Origin: Dictyostelium discoideum
Taxonomy: Eukaryota
NCBI GenBank assembly: GCA_000004695.1
Contig: CM000151.3
Coordinates: 4,352,001 to 4,416,000 of the forward strand
Direction: 5' to 3'
DNA length: 64,000 bases
Under the pieces are notes generated by a model. That model was not told the DNA's origin, did not search any database, and saw only the letters and a program-made list of their open reading frames with translations. The position numbers were made by a program, and so were the translations under genes. Within the stretch, counting starts at the first letter, position 1. Every line of letters starts with the position of its first letter. Shown here piece after piece: positions 12,366 to 35,530 of this stretch.

Positions 12366-14890
12366 TTAATCAACAGGTTCTTTTAAATTATTTAATAAAG
12401 TATTTAAAGTATTTACAAGTTTTAAAATTTTAGCATAGTCTTTCTTTGCTTCTTTAATTTCATTGACCCAAGCGTCACATTGTTTTTTGATAGTATCTTT
12501 TTGATAGAAAAAGTGAGCAAGAATGACATCTTTAAATGGTGGTGGTGGATTTTGAATCATTTCGATCATAGCATATTGAATAGTGGAAGGAATGAGATTA
12601 TGATTATAGGATGAGGAAGAAGCAATACCAGACTTTGTACCTATTTGACTTTCGAAACCAGGTTCATTAAAGAAAGGTTCAGGTACTAAAATCAAGGATT
12701 GAATTGAAATGAAAACCTGTAGGAGTGTTGAAGTATTTGGATTCCAAGTTTCACCGGAACTACCAGCCCAAGTACCAAGAAGTGATAGACAAACCTTACC
12801 ATTGTTATAGAGATTTGGATTGAATCTAACTGAACCACCACCAGTTGTTAAAATGGTGACATGGGGTGGACTAGATGGATACTCTTGTGGAAAAGTACAA
12901 TTGAATAAGAAACAACCACCACTATAGGGTGTATCTTTTGGACCCGTGATAAGACATTGCATTGCATCGATATTCTTTTCATCGACTCTAACAAAGATTG
13001 AAGACTCATAAGAGAGTGGTAATGATTTCATCATTGAACCTTGTTCTTGAGCGATACGAATGGTTCTAGATTGAGTACTAGTTTTATTTGATTTTACAGT
13101 TTTCAAATCTGAAGTATCAAATAATAATGGTTTCATAGCTTGACAATATTTCTTTTCAATACTTTCAGTTGAATCAACACTACCAGATAATTGTATTGAT
13201 GGTCTATTTGCTTCTAATTGAGCAACCTCATCTTTAAATTGTTTCAATTTTTCATTCATTTTCTTTGATATTGTAATTATAAATCTTTGTAATTCTAAAT
13301 TTGATTGATTATTTGCATTGGTTGTTGTTGTTGTTGTTGGGTTTATAATTGTAATTGGTATAATACTCGAAGAAGAAGAGGAAGAAGAAGAAGATGATGA
13401 TGATATTGATGTAATGGAATTAATAATATTACTAAAACTTGAAGTTACAGATGAAGTTGGAGTTGAGGCAGCTGGTAATGTTGGACTTTGATCGACTCTT
13501 TTTAAAAATAATTCAACCTGTTTTGAACATTCATTTATATGATCACCCAAAGATGTAGTTTGAAATTGTAATAATGAAAACAAGGAAATATATTGATCCC
13601 TATCCAATAATGTAGAGATCAATTTAAAGAGTGCACTAAATAATTGAGAATGACGTTCCAAATCCATTAATGATAATTCTCTACAGTAAGTTTCAATGAA
13701 TGGCAAAAGACATGACTCTTCTAAAACGTCAAATGGTGGACTTGAATTTCTAATCTCTGAATCGATTGCATTTACCAATGAAATGATCTCAGAGTCTCTT
13801 TCTTTTTGTGCTGCTAAAAATGCATCAACATTCCAACCACTCTTTGCTTGACCTCTACCATAACCAGTACCTTTTGCCCATGGTGATTTATCCTCACCAT
13901 TTGTAGAAAGGGTAGTGGTGGTAGTGGTGGTAGTTGTAGTAGTAGTTGGTGGTGATGATGGTGATGATGGTTTATTACTTGTTGATAATTTTGGTAATGA
14001 AATATCATGCCCATATTTAAGATTGGCTCTTGGTGAATTTCCACTTAAAATCTCCAATTTAAGTAAAAAGTGTTTTAATGAGGAATATGATCCAGTACTT
14101 GATAATGCATTCATTGGATTATTTACATCGAATGAACCATGTTTTTCAATAACATCTTTCAAATGATTTAAAAGGTATCTCATATCCCAAACTTTAATTA
14201 TTATTATTATAATAAAAAAAAAAAAAAAAAAAAAAATTATTAATTAGTAATTTTATAATAAATTTTAAAAAATAAAATATATAGTATACATGCCTGGATT
14301 CCAATTATCTAATTTTAAAATATCTAAATGAGTGATTCTACCCAATAAAAAACCTTGAAGTCTTGGTCTAATAATTTTTATAGTTGGAGGATAGAATGGA
14401 TATAAATCTTCTGTAAATAAAACTTGAAGTTCAACATAGTCCTAGATATATATATATATATATAAATATATAAAAGAGATAATAATGATTAGTTTTAATA
14501 ATAATTAATCAATATTTAAATATATTTCGAATTTCTCTTACATATTCAAATTCTTTTTTAATTTGTTGAAGTTGACCATAAACTTTTGAATCTTGATCAA
14601 ATCCAAAGATTTTAACAGACCAAAAATAAATATTATCATCAATTGGTTGTGCTGAGAAACCCTTTAAAAATTTAAATTTAAATAATTAATATTATTACTA
14701 TTATTATTATAATAGTTGTTTTATAAATGATACATACTAATGAGTGAACATTTTGCATAATACTAAATAAATCATTTGTTAAAACACCAAAAGCAGCATC
14801 ACTACTGAAGATTGATTTAACTTTTGAATTTTTCTTTTCGCCTAATTTTGCTCTAATCTCTTGATCTTTCTTTGCCCATATCTTTTTCAT
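12366..14890 (-). CDS. Ubiquitin-conjugating enzyme with two UBC-fold domains: an N-terminal Cys-less UBC-like (UEV/RWD-like) domain, then a low-complexity linker, then a C-terminal active UBC domain of the UBE2Z/UBE2O/BIRC6 type
   Basis: Exons at about 14890(ATG; or 14906 if spliced to upstream exons)..14738, 14661..14542, 14441..~14290 and ~14191..12366. The C-terminal domain reads ITGPKDTPYSGGCFLFNCTFPQEYPSSPPHVTILTTGGGSVRFNPNLYNNGKVCLSLLGTWAGSSGETWNPNTSTLLQVFISIQSLIL, with a catalytic Cys in the VRFNPNLY-NGKVCLSLLGTW context characteristic of UBE2Z/UBE2O/BIRC6. The N-terminal domain reads ...IYFWSVKIFGFDQDSKVYGQL...LYPFYPPTIKIIRPRLQGFLLGRITHLDILKLDNWNP, an HPN-less, Cys-less UBC fold. The intron-3 junction is ambiguous: the only acceptor is aaag|TT, which needs either a GC donor or a 1-nt correction. 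Confidence 0.7.
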
Positions 14891-14912
14891 TTTTAATGTT
14901 TGCAATCTGATA

Positions 14913-14943
<31 letters not shown>

Positions 14944-14989
14944 TTATATAAATTGTAAGCTTTAAAAACTAAATACATATATACATAAA

Positions 14990-15029
<40 letters not shown>

Positions 15030-15053
15030 TATGATTGATAATTTTTAAAAACT

Positions 15054-15779
15054 TACGCTTCTTGAAATTCATCATTTTCGAAATTATCATCATCCATATC
15101 AAAATCATCATCATTTTCTTCCTCCTCATCGTCGTCATCGTCATCATCATCATCATCATCATCTTCTTCACCCTTGCCATCTTCATCTTCATTAATATTA
15201 TTGCTATCATCATCTCCATCTTCCTCTGTAGCTTCATCACTGTTATCCTCTTCATTTGAGTGTTTTGCTTTTTTAGTTGGTTCTTTAATTGATTGATTTT
15301 TCTAATTTAAATATTTATATATATTGGGTGAGAAAAAAAAAAGAAAATAAAAAAAAAAAAAAGAAAATAAAATTGTAATGTATATATATATATATATTTA
15401 CTCTATCATGTTGGGTAACTGCCAAATTTAACACATCAGAGAATGTTACAATTGATGAATCATTTTGAATTCCTTTATTAATATTTGCAATCCATTGGTC
15501 ATTTGATCTATTTGAAAAGTGCTTTATATTATTTCATTTAAAAGTTTTTTTTTTTTTTAAAAAAAAAAATATTAATAAAAATATATATGATTTATTTAAT
15601 ATATAAAAACTTACAAATTGTTTAATGTCACTAACATCTAAAGGAAATGAAATAGAAATTTCATCACCTCTAAATAGGAGGTCTACTTTATTCTTTGATG
15701 ATTGAATCCAAATGAAATCATCAGGTTCGCTCAATGAACTTTGCCATTTTTCAAATATCCTCTCTAAATTACCTGCCAT
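15054..15779 (-). CDS. Small protein with a very acidic (poly-Asp/Glu) C-terminal part, in 3 exons; it may be the 5' part of the downstream E2 gene rather than a separate gene
   Basis: Exons at 15779..15615 (MAGNLERIFEKWQSSLSEPDDFIWIQ...DIKQF), 15521..15402 and 15301..15057. The coding frame either ends at TAA 15056-15054 or, reading the same bases as a GTAAGT donor, splices in frame to ...tatcag|ATTGCAAACATTAAAAATG at 14906. Confidence 0.5.
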
Positions 15780-16651
15780 CTTTTACATATAAATAAATAT
15801 ATAAATAAAATATATTGGAAAAAAAAAAAAAAAAAAAAAAAAACAATAAAAAAAAAAAAAAAAAAAAAAAAGTAAAAAATGATCTTTTTTGAATTAAATT
15901 TTATTTTAATTTATTTTTTTATTATTATTTTTTTTATTATTATTTTTTTTTTTTTTTTTGAAAAAAAATGGAATTTTTTTTTTTTTTTTTTTTTTCAATA
16001 AAATTCTAAAAATAATTCTAAAAAATAAACCCTAACTGATTATGATGATAATTGACAAGTTTTGAGATTTGGAATTTATACCTGCAATATATTTGAAAAA
16101 TTTTCCAGGTTTATAAATAGATTATCTATTTTTTATTTTTATTTTTTTTTTTAAATTTATTTTATCATTTTTTTTTATTTTTTTTTCCTAAAAAAATGGG
16201 AATGTTCAATTATTTAATTTATTTTGAATGAGTAAATATTTATTTAAAAAGTGAACACAAACAGATCATTATAATGATGAAAATTAATTTTATGTTTTGA
16301 AAAATGATATAATATGTTGTTGAATAGTGATTGGTAATAATTAAAAACTGGATTTCATTTTAATAAAAAAAAAATAATAATAAAAATACAATTATCCAAT
16401 ATTAGTCAATCGGGTTTATTATTCTGGAATAAATAAAAAAATTACAAACAAAAAAAAATAAAAAAGAAAAGAGTTTTTTAAAAAAAAAATTTTTTTATTA
16501 CATTTTTAGAAATTTGTTAAAACGAGAGAGACGATTATGATAAAATAATAACTATGATAGTTTCTATTATTATTGTTATTGTAACTACTATTTTCATTAT
16601 TATTATTTTTATTATTATATTTATTATTATTATTGTTATTATTATTGGTTT

Positions 16652-21547
<4,896 letters not shown>

Positions 21548-22551
21548 TTTTTTTGATGCTATATATTATATTTTTTTTTATTTTTGTTTTTTTTTTTGGT
21601 TTTTTTGGTTTTTTTTTTTTTTTTTTTTTTAATATTTAAAATTTTTTTTTTTTTTTTTATTACTATTATTTTTTTATTTTTATTTAAAATTAATTAATAA
21701 ATGATTTTAAAAAAAAGTTGAGAAAAAAAAAAAAAAAAAAAAAAAAAAAGATTATTTTTGTTGGTGTATATTACATAAAATAAAAAAAAAAAAAAAAAGA
21801 AAAAGAAAAAAAATTTTAATTTATAAAAAAAAAAATTTAATTAAAATAAAAAATTTTTAAAATAAAAAAATTAAAAAATTAAAAAAAAAATTAAAAAAAA
21901 AAGTTTTAATCAATAATTGGGTGATTGACACAATTAGACTTTTAAAAAATAAATTATTAAAATTAAAAAATAAAAATTGATATATATACAATTAATATAT
22001 TATGTAATGTTTACTATTAAATAATCCTAATTGTTGAAATGTTATATGCTAATGTTATTATTATATAAATATAAATATATATATATATTTTAGTATGGTA
22101 TGGTGTGTCTATGTGTATGTGTATATATATATAATGCTATTTAATATTTAATATAAAAATGAAAATAATATAGAGAATAAATAAAAATTTTATAATTTAA
22201 AAAATAAAAAAATAAAAAAATATATTAAAAATAAAAAAAATAAAAAAAAAATAAAAATAAAAAAAAATAAAAAAAAAAAAAAAAAAAAAAAAATAAAAAA
22301 AATAATAGATAGAAATGTGTGTTGAGTGTGAGAGAGTGTGTGTATTATTTAATATGTGTGTTTTATTATCAACCTTTTTTTTTTTTTTTTTTTTTGTTTT
22401 TTTATTTTTTTATTTTTTTTTTATTTTATTTTTCTTTTTTTAATTAAAATAATTTTGTAAAATTTTTTTTGAATCATATGAAAAACAATATTTGGTGATT
22501 CTAAAAATAAAAATGAAACTGCTTTTTTTTTTTTTTTTTTTTTTTTTTTTC

Positions 22552-22588
<37 letters not shown>

Positions 22589-22746
22589 GGCTGTTTCCTA
22601 CATGTAAAAACTCATGACCAATCTAAATTGAATTTAAAAAAAGAAAGCACACCCAACACACAGCTATATACATTAGCACATAACGTCCAAATTTGATTCT
22701 GTTTTTTGTGAGGAGAGTGAATGTTGATTGAATATTAATTTATTAA

Positions 22747-22789
<43 letters not shown>

Positions 22790-22998
22790 GGTATTATTAT
22801 TTTATTTTTTATTTTTTTTTTTTCAATATAATATAATAAAATTATTCTCTTGTTGCCGAAATAGGAACTTTTTGATGTTATAAATAAAAAAAAAAAAAAA
22901 ATTATTAAAATAAAAATAGGTTAAAATTATGTTTTTCTTAAAAATATTAAAAAAAAAAAACAATTCTTTGATTAAGTTTTATGGTGTGTGTAAGGTGT

Positions 22999-23034
<36 letters not shown>

Positions 23035-23455
23035 TTTTTTATTTTTTTTTTTTTTTTTTGAATGTTTGAGTTATATATATATTTGTGCATGGGTGTGTGT
23101 ATGTGTGTGTGTGTGCTTTCTTTTCTTTTTTTGTATATTTCTACATTCTAATAATTGTTGAAAAAAATTGTTCTTAAAATATAAATGTGACTATGTCCAA
23201 ATATATCTAAATTAAAAATGATGATGTTGATGTTGATATTGATATTGATGTTGAATTTATTGGTATTATTACTATATTATTATAATTTGTAAGTTTAAAA
23301 AATTATTTTTTTTATTTGAAAAATATTTCATGAATTTCCATTTTTAAATCTGTATTGTGTGAAGTTAAACTTTGTTTGAAAGTCACTTATATATGATGTC
23401 GTTGAAATAATGAAAATTCGAAAAAAAAAAAAAAAAAAACCAAAAATTAAAAAAC

Positions 23456-23492
<37 letters not shown>

Positions 23493-23604
23493 AAAAAAAA
23501 AAAAAAAAATCAAAAAAAAATCAAAAAATGCTTTTTTTTCATTTCGTTTATTCAAATCTTTTGTAAACACCATATATAATTATTCAGAAATAACGAAACA
23601 GAAA

Positions 23605-23782
23605 ATGATATTAAATAATCTCAAAAAAACATTCCCAAGATCAAAAACATATTATATTACTTCATTATCTCTACTTGTTGGTTCAATTTTTTTAATGGAT
23701 AAATTCCTCTCAGGATCATATTGTATGTAAACTAATAAAATTCAATTTATTTTTAAATATTCCCAAAAAAAGTTTTATTTTG

Positions 23783-23844
<62 letters not shown>

Positions 23845-24528
23845 ATAATAATAATAATTATGTAATAAATAAAATAAAAAATTCAAAGAACTTTAATTTG
23901 GTGTTGTGGTTTAATAAACTATACTCGTGGAAAAAAACTTTTTTTTTTTTTTTCTAGACAAAACTACTCATTATATTTTTAGAATAAAAAAATATATATA
24001 TATAATTAATACTGTTCAAAGATTATTAAAAAATTTAATTGGAACTATACACTAAAAATAGTATCAAATTCTAAATAAAAAAAAAAACAAAACAAAACAA
24101 AGTTTTTAAAACACTAAAAAAAATATTGGAAAAAAAAAAAAAAATAAAAAAAAAAAAAAACCCCCTCCGCCAAACCTCAAATTTAATCACACCTTCTTGT
24201 GTATTTTGTTTTATTTTTATTTTGAGGTTTGGTAAAGTTAATAAATTTTTTTTTTTTATTTTTTTATTTTTTTAAAAAGTGCAATCGCAAATCAACCAAC
24301 TAATTTCCCTATTTATTATTATTATTATTTAATAAAAAAATTAAATCTTTTTTTTTTTTCTTTTTTAACAAAATATTAAATTTAGATGATTACCTTCAAT
24401 ATCACAAAAATAAAAAAATTGAAAAAAATAATGCAATTGAAGATTTGGCAAGAGATAGAATAAGAAAGAGAAAGGAAGAAGAGGAAAAATTAAGAAAAGA
24501 ACAAGAACAACAACAAAATAAAAAATAA
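23605..24528 (+). CDS. Candidate small (about 87 aa) single-transmembrane protein in 2 exons separated by a long poly(A)-rich intron; speculative
   Basis: Exon 1 at 23605..23722 encodes MILNNLKKTFPRSKTYYITSLSLLVGSIFLMDKFLSGSY and ends at T|GTATGT. Exon 2 at 24386..24528 follows tttag and encodes, in frame, YDYLQYHKNKKIEKNNAIEDLARDRIRKRKEEEEKLRKEQEQQQNKK, ending in TAA. Both pieces look coding in an otherwise ORF-free 3-kb AT-rich region. Confidence 0.3.
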
Positions 24529-24726
24529 AAACAATAATAGATTTAATAAAGGAAATATAATAATAATAGTATTAATAATATTAATAATAATAATTTTCGA
24601 TTTGTATATAAATAAATAAAATAAAATAAAGTTTAAGAAAGACTATTTTTTTTAATTTTTTTTAATTTTTTTTAATTTTTTTTAATTTTTTTTTTTTTTT
24701 TTTTTTTATTCATTATTTAAATTAGT

Positions 24727-26417
24727 TTATTCATCATCTTCTTCATCATCATCATCTTCTCCTTCTTCATCACCTTCATCTTCATCTTCTTCATCTTCAT
24801 CTTCATCGTCTTCATCTTCTTCGTCTTCATCTTCATCTTCCATCTCTATATTAACTTTCATTTTTTTAGTTGGTTGATTTGCTATTGCTTCCTCTTCTTC
24901 ACTATCAACTTCATCATCATCATCATCTTCATCTTCATCATCATCATCTTGGTCATCTTCATCTTCACTATCATCAATAGATTTAATATTTGAGACTTGA
25001 CCAATTGATAAAGTTGTTAATCTAAAACCAGTTTCAGCACAACCAACAGGTAATATAGTTTCAGCTGGATTCCAAACAATAATTAAACCATCTGATGAAA
25101 TTGTAACAACAAAAGTTTTATCAACACCATCAAATCTCAATAAATCAATACCTTTAATTCTATTTTCATGACCCATTAATTGTTTAGTAATTTTACCACC
25201 ATTTTTATAATCAATAAATGTTAATAATTTATCTTCACCACCAACCATTAATGTATTATCCTATTATAAAAAAAAAAAAAAAAAATTAAAAAAGTTAATA
25301 AATAAAATTATAATTTATAATTTATAATTTATAAATAAAATACAATACATCTAAAAATTTAATTGCTAAAATTTGTAATTTAAATTCTAAAGAAACTAAT
25401 TCTTCAAAATTTGAAGAATTATAAATAACAAGTTTATCTTTAAAAACTATAGCATAATGTTCACCAGAAGGTGACCATTGTACTATGAAACCTTCAGATT
25501 TAAATTTAAGGAAATGTGCACTTGTACCTTTTGTAAGATCCCAAAGGAACAATCTTCTATCTTTACTAACTGATAATGCAACTTTACCAGATGGATGAAC
25601 TGAAATTGAATTGATTGCACCTTTTGCTCCAGACATAACCTTTAGACATTCCCAATCACTTACTCTCCAAACACTAATTGTATTATCCATTGATCCTGCA
25701 AACATATGTGTATTCTTATAAAATTCAATACTTGTTACAAATCCTTCATGTTTTGATAATTGTCCAAATTCAACTTTTTTTTTTAAATCATAAACTCTAA
25801 AAAAAAAAAAAAAAAAAAATTTTATTAATATGTGTAATTATAATAATAATTATAATAATAATATAATAATATGCGATATAATATATTTACTTTAAAGTTT
25901 CATCAGTACTTGAACTTACTAAAATATTTTTAGTTGAAGCTAATGATTTTACACAACCAGTGTGTGAAGAATAACCATATTTCATTTGAAGGTCAACTTC
26001 AAAACCTTCCTCTGCAATACCTCCTCCAACATATGTTGCATCGAAACCTAAAATTGAATTTTCATAACATCCAACTGAAATTGATTGGGTTGTAAATTCT
26101 TTAGTTTTTTTATTTGATTTTGATTTGGCTTTTATTGGTTCAACTTTAGTTGTTACAGTTTTGCTTGGTAATGTTTCTGTTTTCTTTAATGCTGATTTTA
26201 TTGGTTGTTGTTTAGTTGGTGCTTGTTGTTTAGTTGGTGCTTGTTTTTTAGTTGGTGCTTGTTGTTTAGTTGGTGCTTGTTGTTTAGTTGGTGCTTGTTG
26301 TTTGGTTGGTGCTTGTTGTTGTGGTGGTTTTGATTCTGTTTTTACTGGTTTAGCTGTAGTTTGTTTTTTAACTACAGTACCATTTTTTTCTGGTTCTGAT
26401 CTCTTTTTAATTGACAT
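24727..26417 (-). CDS. WD40-repeat protein, ortholog of PAK1IP1/MAK11 (p21-activated kinase-interacting protein 1), with an acidic D/E-rich C-terminus
   Basis: Three exons at 26417..25891, 25796..25349 and 25260..24727. VGCYENSILGF...DETLK|VYDLKKKVELGQLSKHEGFVTSIEFYKNTHMFAGSMDNTISVWRVSDWECLKVMSGAKGAINSISVHPSGKVALSVSKDRRLFLWDLTKG matches the human PAK1IP1 core almost residue for residue. The N-terminus has an 18-bp-unit coding repeat, (PTKQQA)n. Confidence 0.8.
26200..26335. repeat. 18-bp tandem repeat of about 7 units, encoding (APTKQQ)n in the PAK1IP1-like gene
   Basis: ttggtgcttgttgtttag repeated head-to-tail on the plus strand. Confidence 0.8.
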
Positions 26418-26914
26418 TTTTATATATATACAAAATTATTTGATTTTTTTTTTTTTTTTTTTATTAATGAAAATAAAAAAAAACTCGCGTTTTTCTTTAA
26501 CGAACGAAAAAAAAAAAAAAAAATTAAAAAAAAATAAAAATAAAAAAAATAAAATGTTGAGAAATTTTTTATCATATTTTTTATTTTTGGAATTTAATTA
26601 TTTACCATCCACTTTGGTTTTGGAAATAATTGTTTTTATTATGAAGAAAAAAAAAAGTGGGAGAATAAAATTTTTAATATATATATATATAAAAATAAAA
26701 ATAAAATAAAGAAATTTTTTTATTTTTAAACAATGATTTTTTAATTTTATTTATTTTTAATTAGGATTTAGTATATATATAATACACAAAGTGATATAAA
26801 ATATAAAAAATAAAAAAAAAATGAATGATAAAAAAATAATTAAATTTTAAAAATAAAATTTTTGTTGAAAAAAAAAAAAAAAAAACAAAACAAAACAAAA
26901 AACAGAATTCTGTT

Positions 26915-26958
<44 letters not shown>

Positions 26959-27149
26959 AAAATGAGAAAATAAAATATTTAATACTGTAGTGATGATGTA
27001 AGATTTTTTTTTTTTTTTTTAAATGTTTATATATGTTTTTTTTTTTTTTACTTATTTTAATTTTTTTTTTTTTTTTATTTTATTATTTTTTTATTTTTTT
27101 TTTTTGAAAAACTTTCGAATCAAATAAATGATTGGAAATTAAATTATAT

Positions 27150-30891
<3,742 letters not shown>

Positions 30892-31694
30892 TTAAACAAA
30901 TAATAATAATAGCAAGTTGATACTTTTTTAAATGAAAATTTAAATAATTCTTAAATTTTAGTCTCTAAAATTAATTATTTTTTTTTTTTTGGTATAAATT
31001 TTAATATTTTTTTTTTTTTTTTTTTTTGTAAGTATCTATTTTTTTTTTTTATTTATTTATTTATTCTCTTTTATCTCTTTTTTTTATTTATTTTTATTTT
31101 TATTTTTTATTTTGTTTGTTTAGTTACTTTTTTTTTAATTAATTGTTGTTTGTTGTTGTTTGTTTTTTTTTTTTTTTCTTTTTTTTTAACAAAAATTTTT
31201 TTTTTTAAATTTTTTTTTTTTTTTTATTAGTGGATAATAAATATGTTTGTTGTTTTTATAGTAAAGAGTATATATATATTTAAATATTTATTATAATACT
31301 CTTATAAACTATAAATATTATTACTACTACTATTATTAAATAATTCTATGATATCTAAATTGTTGTTTCTTATTTTTTTTTTCTTTAATATGTGTAGATA
31401 AATGTAAAAACAAATGACAAAATTTTTTTTTTTTTTTTCTAATTTTTTTTTTTTTATTTTTTTTTTATAAAAATCAAAAATGGGAGGGATTTTTCAATTA
31501 ACGGTGAATTTGAATTTAAAAATTAACACACCCATATCCGCGCTTTTTAAAATTTTTTTGAAAAAAAAAAAACTGGAAATGATCAGTGGAAAAGATCCAA
31601 TAGATTAAATTTTTTTAAATCTTGAAAAAAAAAAAAATTAAATTTTTTTTTTTTTTTTGTTTATATATATATATAAATTTTTTTTATTCCTTTT

Positions 31695-31734
<40 letters not shown>

Positions 31735-32212
31735 CATTATTTGTCGCAAGAAAAAAAAAAAAAAAAAAACAAAAAAAAAATAAACAAATAATTAAAGATT
31801 TTAATTTTTTTTATAAATTCAAGATTTTAGCAACAAATATCATATTATTTTGATCATCACTTTTAAAATGAATTTCTTTTTTTTTTTTTTGGACTATTTC
31901 CCAATTAACAAATTTTTTTTTTTTTTTTTTCCTAATCATTTTTTTTTTTTTTTTTTTTATTTAATCTTTTTTAAAATAATTTGAAAATATATATTATTTT
32001 GAATCAAATAAATATATATTTTTTTGTTTTGTTTTTTTTTTTTTTTTTCTTCTTTCCCTTTAATTATTTTTTTATTTTTATTTTTTTTTATTTTTTTTAA
32101 TTTTTTTTTTTATAATTAATTTCATTAAAAAATTGTAAATTGGTTTTTATTTTTATTTTTATTTTTTTTATTTTTTTTATAATTAATTTTATTAAAAATT
32201 TTCAAACAAAAA

Positions 32213-33523
<1,311 letters not shown>

Positions 33524-34086
33524 AAAAATAAAAATAAAAAAAATTAAAAAATTAAAAAATTAAAATAATAATAAAAATAATATTTTTAATATATTTTGAT
33601 AATAAAATAATAAATAATAATCTTTATTTATTTTTAAATAATTTTTTTTTAATTTATTTTATTTTAGTTTGTTTATTTTATTTATTTATTTTTTTTTTTT
33701 TTTTCTAAACAATTTTTTTTTTTTTTTTGTGTAATTTAATTTTTGATAATTTTTTTTTGAAGGCAGCAAACATTACATGGGTTAAAAAAAATATTAAAAA
33801 ATTAAAATTTAAACAATTTTAATAAAAAAAAAGATATTTTTTTAAGTTTTAGTGAAACGGAATTTAAAATTAAAAAATAAAAAAAATCTTTTTTTGTAAT
33901 GGGAAATTTAAAAAAAGTTTTTTTAGATATTTTTAATTTTTATTTTATTTTATTTTTTTATTTTAAAATAAAAAAAAAATAAAAAAAAAATAAAAAAAAT
34001 GCACTGGAAAATAAACCATCACTTTTTTTTATTTTTTTATTTTTTTACTTTTTATTTTTCATATTTCTTTAAACATAAAAAAAAAA

Positions 34087-34346
34087 ATGTTTAAATACAC
34101 ATTATTATTATCATTTTTAATTTTTGGTATTGTATTATCAGCCTCATCTTCTTCATCTTCCTCATCTTCATCAACATGTAGAGCCATTACTTTTTCTGGT
34201 GCTGGTAAATATTATCTAAATTATAATAAAAGAAAAAAAAAAAATAAAAAAATAAACAATAAAATAAAAAAACACAAATCTAATATTTTATTTTATTATT
34301 TTATTGTTTATTTTATTTATTTAATTTTTTTTTAATTTATTAATAA

Positions 34347-34405
<59 letters not shown>

Positions 34406-35070
34406 AGGTGATAGAGGTGCATGGGAAACAGGTGTTGTTATGGGTATAATGAATGTAAGACAACCAGAAGATTATCGATGGCAATTTGTAACAGGTATTT
34501 CAGCAGGTTCAATTAATGCAGCAGCAATGGCAATGTTTAGTGTTGGTGATGAAACAAGTGCACGTGACTTTTTACAAAATCAATGGTTAACTTTAACAAG
34601 AGAGAATGTTTATGTAAATTGGGCAGGTGGTCCACTCGATGGAATTTTATTCCAAACTGGTTTATTTGATACAACACCATTAATTCATTTATTAAATAAT
34701 TTAATTAATACTACTAAATTAGCAAATTCTGATAGAGGATTTTTAATTGGTGCTTCAAATATTGGTACTGGTGTCTTTGATAGATTTTATAAAAATGATC
34801 CAAATATTACATTGGGTGTAGTTGCATCTTCATCTGTTCCTGGTGTTTTCCCAATGATTGAAAAAGATGGTCAATTTTATTGTGATGGTGGTTTAACAGT
34901 TAGTATTAATTATTAATTTAAAAAATAATCTACAAATTATTTAATTAAACTAACTTTAAAAATTTTTTTTTTTTTTTTAATTTGTCATTTATATAGTATG
35001 ATACTCCGTATGTATAAAATTGATAAAATCTAACAACTAGTGTGTTAAAAAGAACACAAATAATATTAAC

Positions 35071-35109
<39 letters not shown>

Positions 35110-35530
35110 AGAATTACTGATACAGTTCGTTTATGTTATGATACTGGTGCCACTGAAGTTATTGTTGATGTAATTTTAGAAGGTGCATTAGAACCAATGG
35201 AAAATGTTACAGGAATGCATACAATTGATGTCTTATTAAGAGAAGGTTCAATTTTAGCAAGAAATACTCACTTAAAAGTAAGTTGTTTTAAATTTATTAT
35301 TTATTAATTTGTTTTTTTTTTAAAAAAAAAACTAAAATTATTTGTATAATTAGGATATTGAGAATGTATACATGGCTTTCCCACAAGCAAAATTAAATAT
35401 CTATACTCCAAATACCGAAAAATTACCAGGTTACATTTTAGGTTTCCAATATTCTGCTGAAATGATTAAAATTGGTATTGTTGATGGCCAAAATCCACCA
35501 TCCCAAAATAATGACAGTAGTAATTTTTAA
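34087..35530 (+). CDS. Secreted patatin-like phospholipase in about 4 exons
   Basis: Exon 1 at 34087..34204 gives a signal peptide plus ...AITFSGAG, ending G|GTAAAT. Exon 2 from 34408 encodes GDRGAWETGVVMGI...TGISAGSINAAAMA (oxyanion G-G-x-R/G plus GxSxG lipase motifs) ... YCDGG (catalytic Asp). Exon 3 is at about 35112-35126..35277 (ITDTVRLCYDTGATEVIVDVILEG...). Exon 4 is at 35354..35530 (DIENVYMAFPQAKL...NDSSNF*). The exon 2/3 junction is uncertain: no canonical pair keeps phase except GTATTA...atacag. Confidence 0.7.

Noticed and set aside
22560-22720. GC-richer islands in the AT deserts (22600-22720; also 10560-10700 and 47660-47720), considered as possible small RNA genes
   Set aside because: No tRNA, snRNA or snoRNA box structure (C/D, H/ACA) or convincing stem-loops recognised by eye; left unannotated.
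23410-23604. N-terminal poly-Lys part of track ORF 23410..23730
   Set aside because: Translation of a poly(A) tract; only the downstream MILNNLKK... segment was kept as a speculative exon.
26125-26709. 194-aa plus-strand ORF rich in Cys, Leu, Val and Gly
   Set aside because: It is antisense to the (PTKQQA)n 18-bp coding repeat of the PAK1IP1-like gene and is kept open by the repeat; the sense strand carries a conserved WD40 protein.
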